DNA from: Nannocystales bacterium | GTDB lineage: Bacteria > Myxococcota_A > Polyangia > Nannocystales > Nannocystaceae | Direction of reading: 5' to 3' | Length of the DNA stretch: 14,454 bases | NCBI GenBank assembly: GCA_050633305.1 | Contig: JBOEGF010000053.1 | Location: forward strand, 52,589 to 67,042 | Part shown: positions 1 through 12,078 of the stretch, piece by piece | How the letters are laid out: every line of letters starts with the position of its first letter | Position numbering within the stretch: position 1 is the first letter of the stretch | Translations under genes and position numbers: made by a program | The notes under the pieces: generated by a model | Seen by the model: only the letters and a program-made list of their open reading frames with translations | Told to the model about the DNA's origin: nothing | Databases searched by the model: none

Positions 1-5296
<5,296 letters not shown>

Positions 5297-5548
5297 CGTG
5301 CTTCCTGACTTTTCTGCCGTGTTGTCCGAATCATCCCCGTGGTTGGCCCATCGTCTGTCCCGGTGCCGCTGGGGCGTGGGAGCTCATGTGGCCGAAGGTT
5401 TTGGGGCGCTGGAGTACGGCGAGGGATTGAGGCGTCGAATGTCGTCCGAGCATGGGGTTTGATCCCCCGGGGCCGGAGCCCGTCTGCGGCGCCGCCCGCC
5501 GCGCCCGTTTTCGCCCAGATTTGGGTCGAAAACGAGCTTGGCGAGCGA

Positions 5549-5590
5549 CAAAAAGGAACCGAACCACCGTCCGCAGCGGCGGTGGCTCGG
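5549..5590 (-). terminator. Intrinsic terminator/attenuator between rplL and rpoB
   Basis: Minus strand CCGAGCCACCG-(10 nt)-CGGTGGTTCGG (11 bp, one G-U) followed by TTCCTTTTTG, 11 nt after the rplL stop; analogous position to the E. coli rplL-rpoB attenuator. Confidence 0.8.
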
Positions 5591-5601
5591 GGGCGCGAGG
5601 T

Positions 5602-5982
5602 TTACTTGACCTCGACGTCAGCGCCGGCTTCTTTGAGAGCCTTCGCTGCTTCCTCGGCCTCGTCCTTGGACACGGCCTCTTTGATGGTCGCGGGGATTCC
5701 CTCGACGAGTGCTTTGGCGTCCTTGAGACCGAGGCCCGGGACGATGGCGCGGACGGCCTTGATCACGTTGATCTTCTTCTCGCCGAAGCTCGTCATCACG
5801 ACGTTGAACTCGGTCTGTGCTTCGCCGCCACCGGCGTCGGCAGCAGGGCCAGCGGCAACAGCGACGGGAGCAGCGGCGGACACGCCCCACTTGTCCTCGA
5901 GCTCTTTGACGAGGGCTGCAATCTCCATGACGGGGAGGTTGCTGAGGTATTCGACGACTTGGTCTTTGGTGACATCGGACAT
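5602..5982 (-). CDS. rplL: 50S ribosomal protein L7/L12 (bL12)
   Basis: [22 protein letters not shown] hinge, [22 protein letters not shown], ends GADVEVK; SD AGGA. Confidence 0.99.
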   Translation of the reverse strand: MSDVTKDQVVEYLSNLPVMEIAALVKELEDKWGVSAAAPVAVAAGPAADAGGGEAQTEFNVVMTSFGEKKINVIKAVRAIVPGLGLKDAKALVEGIPATIKEAVSKDEAEEAAKALKEAGADVEVK

Positions 5983-6084
5983 GATGTTGTTCCTGTATTT
6001 GAAAGTGTCTCGTGTGAACGAGCGGTGTTGAAAAACGGGTAGAAGCAGCCCCAGCCGGGACGGCCGGGAACAAGACGTTCTCGC

Positions 6085-6597
6085 CTAGGAGGCGATGTCG
6101 TCTTTGCGTGCGTTGAGAACGTTGAGCAGGTCGGTTGCGGCTGCGTTGAGCACCCGAACCATGTTCGTCGCCGGCGTGTTGAACAGCCGAAGCAACATAG
6201 CCTTGAGCTCTTGCGGACCGGGAAGGTCGGCGAGAACGTTGACGCCACTGATGTCGAGAAGGTCTCCGTCGGACACCCCGCCCTTGACGGCGAAGTTTTC
6301 GTTGTCCTTGGCGAAGTCCCGCGCGACACGAGCGGGTGCTCCTGGGTCCTCTTCGTTGTACGCCAGTGCGCTGACGCCTTTGAGGAGCCCGATGAGCGGC
6401 TCATGCTTGGTGCCCTCGACGGCGAACCGGATGGTGGAGTTCTTGAACACGCGGTAGGTGCAGCCAGCCTCGCGGAACTTTCCGCGCAGCTCGTTGGCCG
6501 AAGCCACCGTGAGTTTTTCGTACCCAACCAGGACGAGAGCGGTGCAGTCTTCAATCTGCCCGCGGAGCTCTTCGGATTTTTGCTGTTTGGTGAGCAT
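6085..6597 (-). CDS. rplJ: 50S ribosomal protein L10 (uL10)
   Basis: LTV..NELR..FR..YRVFKNS motif, LADLPGPQEL C-terminal helix, position between rplA and rplL, SD AAGGA. Confidence 0.97.
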   Translation of the reverse strand: MLTKQQKSEELRGQIEDCTALVLVGYEKLTVASANELRGKFREAGCTYRVFKNSTIRFAVEGTKHEPLIGLLKGVSALAYNEEDPGAPARVARDFAKDNENFAVKGGVSDGDLLDISGVNVLADLPGPQELKAMLLRLFNTPATNMVRVLNAAATDLLNVLNARKDDIAS

Positions 6598-6729
6598 TTG
6601 GGTCCTTGGTTCTTTGTGCCGTTCGGCCCTCGACCTTCCAGGAAAGCCCTGGGGGATTCGGGACGAAGGTCACGGGTTGGTATCTGTGGAGCCCCGTGAC
6701 CTCCGGGCGGAGGTGCGTTCTCGGTGCAT

Positions 6730-6806
6730 CCACTCTCTGCAGGCGATCCGGCGCGTCCGGACGATTAGAGGGAGCAGTCGGCCCCCCACCTGCGGTCTAC
6801 AAGCGG
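6730..6806 (-). promoter_or_regulatory. Ribosomal protein L10 leader (autoregulatory RNA) core
   Basis: Minus strand CCGCT-TGTAGACC-GCAGG-TG...CTAAT...CCTGC-AGAG-AGTGG: outer stem, AGAC/GAG kink-turn-type loop, GCAGG/CCTGC stem and TAA junction characteristic of the L10 leader; lies in the 274-nt rplA-rplJ spacer. Confidence 0.85.
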
Positions 6807-6871
6807 TTGAAATGCAGCTGATTCTCTCTCGCGTCTTCCTTACGAAACTGATGAGTGGGTCTGATGGCCGA

Positions 6872-7570
6872 CTACTTGTCGACGGCCGACAGGACGTCGC
6901 TGGTGTCGAGGCGAACGCCAGGACCCATCGACGAGGAGATGGTCACGCTCTTCCAGTACTTGCCCTTGGCAGTGCTGGGCTTGAGGCGCTGAAGCGTGTC
7001 GAGCAGCGCGGTGAGGTTGGCCTGGAGCTTCTCGGGGCCGAAGGAGACCTTGCCGATGGGGGCATGGATGATGCCCGTCTTGTCAGTGCGGAACTCGATA
7101 CGACCGGCCTTGAGCTCGGTGACCGCGTTGGCGACGTTCATGGTGACCGTGCCGACCTTGGGGTTCGGCATGAGGCCACGGGGGCCGAGCACGCGGCCGA
7201 GACGACCGACGAGACCCATCATGTCCGGGGTTGCGATGGCGGAGTCAAAGTCCATCCATCCGCCCTGAATCTTCTCGACCAGGTCCTCGGCGCCCACTTC
7301 GTCGGCTCCGGCTTCCTTGGCCTCTACAGCGCGCTCGCCCTTGGCGAACACGACGACGCGGACGGTCTTGCCCGTGCCGTGGGGCAACGAGACCGATGCG
7401 CGGAGCATCTGGTCGGCGTGCTTGGGGTTGACGCCCAGGCGTGCGGCGCAGTCGACGGTCTCGTCGAACTTGGCGAACGCAACCTCGGTGACGGTGGAAC
7501 AGGCCTCGACGATCGTGAACCGCTTGTCGGCGTCGATCTTCTTGGATGCAGCTTCGAACTTTTTACCCAT
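6872..7570 (-). CDS. rplA: 50S ribosomal protein L1 (uL1)
   Basis: [63 protein letters not shown]. Confidence 0.99.
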   Translation of the reverse strand: MGKKFEAASKKIDADKRFTIVEACSTVTEVAFAKFDETVDCAARLGVNPKHADQMLRASVSLPHGTGKTVRVVVFAKGERAVEAKEAGADEVGAEDLVEKIQGGWMDFDSAIATPDMMGLVGRLGRVLGPRGLMPNPKVGTVTMNVANAVTELKAGRIEFRTDKTGIIHAPIGKVSFGPEKLQANLTALLDTLQRLKPSTAKGKYWKSVTISSSMGPGVRLDTSDVLSAVDK

Positions 7571-7583
7571 GGCGAGTGACCCT

Positions 7584-8006
7584 TCAGCCTTCCACTTCGA
7601 GGCCCATGGAACGGGCGGTTCCGGCGATGCTCATTGCAGCACCGTCGACGTCGAACGCGTTCATGTCCTTGAGCTTGTATTCGGCGATCTCGCGGACCTG
7701 AGCCATCGTGACCTTGCCGACCTTCTTCTTGTTGGGCTCACCGGAGCCGCTCTTGAGGCCAGCGGCCTTGAGCAACATGACCGCTGCGGGCGGCGTCTTG
7801 GTGATGAACGAGAACGAGCGATCGGAGAAGACCGAGATCTCAACCGGGATGATCGTCCCTTTGTCCTTCTGCGTGCGAGCGTTGAACTGCTTGCAGAATT
7901 CCATGATGTTCACACCTTTGGAACCGAGCGCGGGTCCGATGGGTGGTGCGGGGGAGGCTTCGCCGCCCTTGCACTGCAACTTGATGATGGCTTCGAGTTT
8001 TTTCAT
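7584..8006 (-). CDS. rplK: 50S ribosomal protein L11 (uL11); start moved to ATG 8006 (140 aa)
   Basis: [45 protein letters not shown] just before ATG 8006, so the 11-aa extension in the ORF track is unlikely. Confidence 0.98.
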   Translation of the reverse strand: MKKLEAIIKLQCKGGEASPAPPIGPALGSKGVNIMEFCKQFNARTQKDKGTIIPVEISVFSDRSFSFITKTPPAAVMLLKAAGLKSGSGEPNKKKVGKVTMAQVREIAEYKLKDMNAFDVDGAAMSIAGTARSMGLEVEG

Positions 8007-8048
8007 TGGTTTGTCCTCGTGCGAGCGGCAAGACGGCAACCACAGGCG

Positions 8049-8600
8049 TTACGCCCGGGCCACGGCCTCCACCTCCGAGAAATCGACCTGAACCGGGGTC
8101 GGTCGGCCGAAGATCGACACGGACATTTTGACTTTGCGCTTGTCGAAGTCGACGCCCTCCACCTCACCGGTGAAGTTCGCAAAGGGTCCGGATTTGACGC
8201 GGACGTTGTCGCCCACGGCAAAGGAGATATCGGGGACGGTCTCTTCGACTTCTTCTTCGCCCGGAGCAGCCTCGCCCGTGGTGGCGCGCAGGGTCTTGGC
8301 CATCTGCGGCGCGGGCACGGGTTTGGGGGTCTTCCCGCCGAGGAAGCCCGTGACCTTGGGCGTGTTCACGATGACGTGCCACGCAGCTTCGGTCAGCTCG
8401 ATGTTGACGAAGATGTAGCCGGGGAAGAACTTCTTGTTGGTCTTGATGTTCTTCTTGCCGCGACGCTCGGTCACCTGCTCGGAAGGCACCAGGATCTCTT
8501 CGAAGTCGCTCTCAAAAGGCTGCCCTTTGATGCGCTCTTCGAGGTTGCGTTTGACCGTGTTCTCGTAGCCGGAGAACGTCTGAACGACATACCAATCCAT
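8049..8600 (-). CDS. nusG: Transcription termination/antitermination factor NusG; start at ATG 8600 (183 aa)
   Basis: MDWYVVQTFSGYE (NGN start), FFPGYIFV, TPKVTGFLG, KOW VGDNVRVKSGPFANFTGEV, SIFGRPTPV; SD AAGGA; the longer ORF-track start overlaps secE. Confidence 0.98.
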   Translation of the reverse strand: MDWYVVQTFSGYENTVKRNLEERIKGQPFESDFEEILVPSEQVTERRGKKNIKTNKKFFPGYIFVNIELTEAAWHVIVNTPKVTGFLGGKTPKPVPAPQMAKTLRATTGEAAPGEEEVEETVPDISFAVGDNVRVKSGPFANFTGEVEGVDFDKRKVKMSVSIFGRPTPVQVDFSEVEAVARA

Positions 8601-8638
8601 CGAAGTCCTTGGGTCCTTGCGAGTGCGCTTCGGCGGGA

Positions 8639-9076
8639 TCAGATCCCGTAGAGCAGGTTGGTGGCTTTGGACCACAGCTGGTCCATCGCGAAGAGAATGA
8701 CTGAGCAGATGAGGGTCACCATGATCACGATGCCGGTGTTGGCTCGGAGCTCGGCCTTGGTGGGCCAGGTGACCTGCGAAATCTCGGTGACAACTTCCGT
8801 GCAGAACTTGAAGTAGTCTTTGCGGCGCCACGCGTAGAGCGTGCCCACCAAGGCGATGCCCATGCCGATGCCACTGGCACCAAGCTCGCTGGGACGGCCG
8901 ACCTGGGGGTAGTAGTCGAACAGGATCGCCCAGATGTTGTCCGTGGCGTTGACGAGGACCCAGGCGCCAGCGGCACCTAGGACAAAGAAGATCACATGCG
9001 CCCAGCGAGCGGGATCAAAATCCCGCTTGATGGGGGTGCGGCGCTTCTTACGACGGCTATCGGACGAATCGGACAT
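8639..9076 (-). CDS. secE: Preprotein translocase subunit SecE, three-TM form; start at ATG 9076 (145 aa)
   Basis: EVVTEISQVTWPTKAELRANTGIVI signature; three hydrophobic segments; GGAG SD before ATG 9076; the longer ORF-track start lies inside the tRNA. Confidence 0.95.
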   Translation of the reverse strand: MSDSSDSRRKKRRTPIKRDFDPARWAHVIFFVLGAAGAWVLVNATDNIWAILFDYYPQVGRPSELGASGIGMGIALVGTLYAWRRKDYFKFCTEVVTEISQVTWPTKAELRANTGIVIMVTLICSVILFAMDQLWSKATNLLYGI

Positions 9077-9140
9077 GAGAGGCTCCAGGCGGGACAGACA
9101 CGTGCTGAGGGAGGGTTCTGACCCGGGCCCGTAGAATGGG

Positions 9141-9170
9141 GCCTCGGCGGCCATTTCTGACCGCCGAGGC
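9141..9170 (-). other. Stable GNRA-capped hairpin immediately 3' of tRNA-Trp
   Basis: Minus strand GCCTCGGCGGTCA-GAAA-TGGCCGCCGAGGC, 13 bp with one U-G pair; no U-tract follows. Confidence 0.75.
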
Positions 9171-9176
9171 TCGCTG

Positions 9177-9249
9177 CAGGGGATGAGGGACTCGAACCCC
9201 CGGCCCACGGATTTGGAGTCCGTTGCGCTACCAACTGCGCTAATCCCCT
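9177..9249 (-). tRNA. trnW: tRNA-Trp (anticodon CCA), 73 nt, 3' CCA not encoded
   Basis: Cloverleaf: acceptor AGGGGAT/ATCCCCT plus G73, D arm GCGC-AGTTGGTA-GCGC, anticodon arm ACGGA-CTCCAAA-TCCGT, T arm GGGGG-TTCGAGT-CCCTC; canonical position between rpmG and secE. Confidence 0.98.
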
Positions 9250-9260
9250 AGAACGTCGGA

Positions 9261-9290
9261 TAAAAACTGAGGCAGGTGCAGTCCCGCCCT
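9261..9290 (-). terminator. Possible intrinsic terminator between rpmG and tRNA-Trp
   Basis: Minus strand GGGCGGG-ACTGCA-CCTGCCT (7 bp, two G-U) followed by CAGTTTTTA; U-tract is offset by 3 nt, so probably leaky. Confidence 0.45.
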
Positions 9291-9444
9291 TTTGCGTGTT
9301 GTCTTGCCCTTGCTTCGCCTGAGAGAGTCTCGGGGAGGTCCCGAGCGAGGGTCTGTGCCCAGGAGGGCGGTCCTGGGCGACTCCGGGCCGTATCCATGCG
9401 TTCCCTGAGCGGGGCGCGGGAGGCGACCTAGAGCCAAACGCGAG

Positions 9445-9606
9445 CTACTTGGTTTCCTTGTGGGCCTTGTGGCCCTTACAGGAAGCGCAGTACTTCTTGA
9501 GGTTGATTTTCTCAGGCGAATTACGTCGGTTCTTCCGGGTGGAATAGTTGCGACGTTTGCACTCGGTGCACTCGAGGGAAACTGTGATGCGATGTCCGGC
9601 AGCCAT
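9445..9606 (-). CDS. rpmG: 50S ribosomal protein L33 (bL33), Zn-binding C+ type, 53 aa
   Basis: MAAGHRITVSLECTECKRRNYSTRKNRRNSPEKINLKKYCASCKGHKAHKETK; two CxxC pairs; AAGG SD; it is the C-terminal part of the 219-aa ORF-track entry. Confidence 0.97.
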   Translation of the reverse strand: MAAGHRITVSLECTECKRRNYSTRKNRRNSPEKINLKKYCASCKGHKAHKETK

Positions 9607-9636
9607 GGGTAAACCTTGGGCGGGAGAAGGACGCCG

Positions 9637-9665
9637 GCTATAGCAAGAGGCGTTCCGTGTTGCAA
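9637..9665 (-). promoter_or_regulatory. Sigma70/sigmaA-type promoter for the rpmG operon
   Basis: Minus strand TTGCAA (9665-9660) - 17 nt - TATAGC (9642-9637), with extended -10 TG and a GC-rich discriminator CGGCGTC; 30 nt upstream of the rpmG ATG. Confidence 0.7.
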
Positions 9666-9950
9666 CCGCCGGGCCCAACTTCTGGACGGGGGTCGGCGAG
9701 GCAAAAGCGCCCGGCGCGCAATGCCGTTGAGAGAGAGATAAGGGGGCGCTGCGCGGGTGACGGTATGTCCAGACAACTCCTCGGAGCCCGCGCCGCCCTC
9801 CCCGAGGTCGGATCCGGCCGGCGGCGCATACTCCGCAGGGGTGAGATCGACCCACGTGGAGCACACTTCGACGCCCACGGTCCGCCCGGCGACTTGAATT
9901 TGGGAAAGGCCGTCGCTGGCGCCCCGTCTCAAGTATCTTAGAGAAGCCTC

Positions 9951-11036
9951 GTGGTCGCCGCGCCGCAACACCGCTTTTTTGCCGCCGCGGTCTCCGCCAT
10001 CGTGCTCGGGGTGTTCCCCGCCTGCCGGATGGCGAACCCGGCGTTCGACCTCGAAGGCTCGCCCGCCTCGGATGGAAGCGAGGCCGCCTCCGACACGGCC
10101 ACAACAGACTTCCCCGGCAGTTCCGGTGAGTCGGCCGGGACGCACTGCGCCGAAGATCAGACCGACTGCGACGGAGAGTGTGTGCGGACGACGCTCAACC
10201 TCCAGCACTGCGGCGGCTGCTTCCAACAGTGCCCGATGACCTCGATTTGCGTCGACTCCGAGTGCCAGGCCGACTGCAGAGCGACGGACACGGTCTGCAG
10301 CGGGGTATGCACGGGCACCGCGGACGACCCGGCGAACTGCGGAGAGTGTGGCAACGTCTGCGCCGACGCCGACTTCTGCGCGGCGGGGGTTTGCGTCTCC
10401 GAGTGCCCGCCAGATCTCCCCGACGAATGCGGAGGTGGCTGTGTCGATCTGCAGTCGACTCAGGACCACTGCGGAGACTGCCCCACCGCGTGCGGGCCCG
10501 CCGAACTCTGTAGCTCGGGTCAGTGTGAGCCCGGGTGTCCGGCAGGCCTGGCGCTCTGCGGAGACGTTTGCGTCGACCCAGACCGAGACCCCGCGCACTG
10601 TGGCGAATGCGACAACGCGTGCGACGGTTCGCAGCTGTGTGGGCAGGGCTCCTGCGTCGACGACTGCTCGCCGCCGCTGCTCGCGTGTGCTCAGGCCTGC
10701 ATCGACCCCCGCAACAACAAGAACCATTGCGGCGACTGCAACCAAGCGTGCCCCGGTCAGCAGCAGTGCATGGACGGCGCGTGTGAGTGTGCGGGCACGG
10801 AGACGCCATGCGGGACGCAGTGCGTCGACACCCAAACGGACTTCAAACACTGCGGCGAATGTGGGAACGCGTGCGGCGGCGGAACCGAATGCATCGATGG
10901 CGAGTGCGAAACGTGCGACGCCGGATTCACGCAGTGCGGAGCCAAGTGCGTTGACACCGAGACCGACAAGAAACACTGCGGCGAGTGCAACAACAACTGC
11001 GGCAACCTCGACTGCGAAATGGGGATGTGCTCGTGA
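9951..11036 (+). CDS. Cysteine-rich repeat protein, predicted lipoprotein (myxobacterial MXAN_6577-like / STIG1-like repeats)
   Basis: Signal-like N-terminus ending VFPA-C (Cys25), Ser/Thr/Asp linker, then seven CVD..HCGxC-type repeats; GTG start has no clear SD, so the start is uncertain. Confidence 0.85.
   Translation: MVAAPQHRFFAAAVSAIVLGVFPACRMANPAFDLEGSPASDGSEAASDTATTDFPGSSGESAGTHCAEDQTDCDGECVRTTLNLQHCGGCFQQCPMTSICVDSECQADCRATDTVCSGVCTGTADDPANCGECGNVCADADFCAAGVCVSECPPDLPDECGGGCVDLQSTQDHCGDCPTACGPAELCSSGQCEPGCPAGLALCGDVCVDPDRDPAHCGECDNACDGSQLCGQGSCVDDCSPPLLACAQACIDPRNNKNHCGDCNQACPGQQQCMDGACECAGTETPCGTQCVDTQTDFKHCGECGNACGGGTECIDGECETCDAGFTQCGAKCVDTETDKKHCGECNNNCGNLDCEMGMCS
10146..11030 (+). 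repeat. Seven tandem ~41-44 aa protein repeats, 8 Cys each
   Basis: Pattern C-x6/7-C-x3-C-x9-C-G-x-C-x3-C-x4/5-C-x4-C counted seven times (56 Cys); recurring DNA core CACTGCGGCGA or close variants. Confidence 0.95.
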
Positions 11037-12037
11037 ACACGCTCGCGCTCGCGCTGACAACCAGCTTGCTGGCGAGTCCCGCCGCCTCCAAGTCCGGGAC
11101 CACGGTCTACCGCCCGCCGATCGCAGTGACCGGCACAGTCTCCAACGCCGATCGCACTGCCCTACGCGGCCGTGTCGACGACGAGTTTGCACGCACCGAC
11201 TTCGAGTCGGCCAAGCCCGCCGACGCCTCTGTCTGTTCGACGGCCGCGTGCTGGCAGGCGCAAGCTGAGGCGTCGGGAAGCCGCTACATCGCGACGGTCA
11301 CGGTGAACGCCCTCGAAGCCGATCAACGCTTGGCGATCTCGATCGTCGACCTGGTCGACGGCAACAGCGTCGTCGACCTCGAGCAGACCTGCGAGCTCTG
11401 TGGGCGCGACGAGCTGCGGGACGCGACCGCCGATCTTGCTGCGGCCGCGTTGAGGAAGCTGCAATCCCACGCCGCCATCGCCACCGTCGTCTCGGTTGAC
11501 AGCATCCCCAGCGGCGCTGCCGTGATGCTCGATGGAGTGGCCGTTGGCGAGACCCCCTTGCACCTCGAGGTGTCGCCCGGCTTGCACACCGTCGAGCTTT
11601 CCGCAGCTGGGCACGACAGCTTTTCCCAGGAGGTCGACATCGCTCGGGGGACCACCCTCAGTGTTCGTCCTCGGCTCTCGGAAACGGCGCCCTCCAGGCT
11701 CGGCGACAACGCGGCGGGGAGTCGACGAAGAGGACGGATCATCGCTGGGACTGCGCTGATCGTGGGCGGCGTTGCGGCGGCCGCCACCGGCACCACCTTG
11801 ATGGTGCTGCACGGACGCCCGATCACCTCCGACTGCAGCGGGAGCGAGGTCGACGGCGACGGCGACTGCCGCTTTCTTCACGACACCCGAACCGGCGGCA
11901 TCATCGGGCTCTCCGCTGGCGTGGCGGCACTCGTCGGTGGCGCGGTGCTTGTTGGACTCGAGCTTCGTCGAGGCCGCCCAGGCACCGTCGCACTCTCTCC
12001 GACCCCCTCGGGGCTGCTCCTGCACGGCCGGTTTTAG
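11033..12037 (+). CDS. Exported PEGA-domain protein with C-terminal membrane anchor; start at GTG 11033 (334 aa)
   Basis: GTGA overlap with upstream stop and GGGGA SD; signal peptide MNTLALALTTSLLA; PEGA signature VDSIPSGAAVMLDG..VGETPL..VSPGLHTVELSAAGH (~11486-11680); two Gly-rich hydrophobic segments; ends LLLHGRF. Confidence 0.88.
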   Translation: MNTLALALTTSLLASPAASKSGTTVYRPPIAVTGTVSNADRTALRGRVDDEFARTDFESAKPADASVCSTAACWQAQAEASGSRYIATVTVNALEADQRLAISIVDLVDGNSVVDLEQTCELCGRDELRDATADLAAAALRKLQSHAAIATVVSVDSIPSGAAVMLDGVAVGETPLHLEVSPGLHTVELSAAGHDSFSQEVDIARGTTLSVRPRLSETAPSRLGDNAAGSRRRGRIIAGTALIVGGVAAAATGTTLMVLHGRPITSDCSGSEVDGDGDCRFLHDTRTGGIIGLSAGVAALVGGAVLVGLELRRGRPGTVALSPTPSGLLLHGRF

Positions 12038-12078
12038 CGTGCATCTGCGGAGCTCGAACGTAGCCCGCAATGGCGGAG

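Noticed and set aside
5453..5469. T-arm-like hairpin TGGGG-TTTGATC-CCCCG in the rplL-rpoB spacer
   Set aside because: No matching acceptor, D or anticodon arm, and the loop lacks TTC; not a tRNA or clear remnant.
6843..6856. GAAA and CTGATGA hammerhead-like core words
   Set aside because: The two words abut in an order that leaves no room for stems III and I, and no stem II followed by GAAA occurs downstream.
6458..8651. 373-aa and 444-aa plus-strand ORFs over rplA, rplK and nusG
   Set aside because: Antisense shadows of unambiguous housekeeping genes.
9927..9950. TATCTT inside an imperfect palindrome just before the Cys-rich gene, as a promoter or operator
   Set aside because: No -35 at a suitable distance and the palindrome is short and bulged; cannot be supported, though it remains an alternative start site to test.
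10146..11030. Multiheme cytochrome c or CRISPR-like array reading of the repeats
   Set aside because: Motifs are H-C-G-x-C, never CxxCH; the DNA repeats are degenerate, in frame and coding, with no identical repeats separated by spacers.
9240..11192. 650-aa minus-strand ORF with apparent repeats
   Set aside because: Its periodicity mirrors the Cys-rich gene on the other strand, and it overlaps rpmG and the tRNA.
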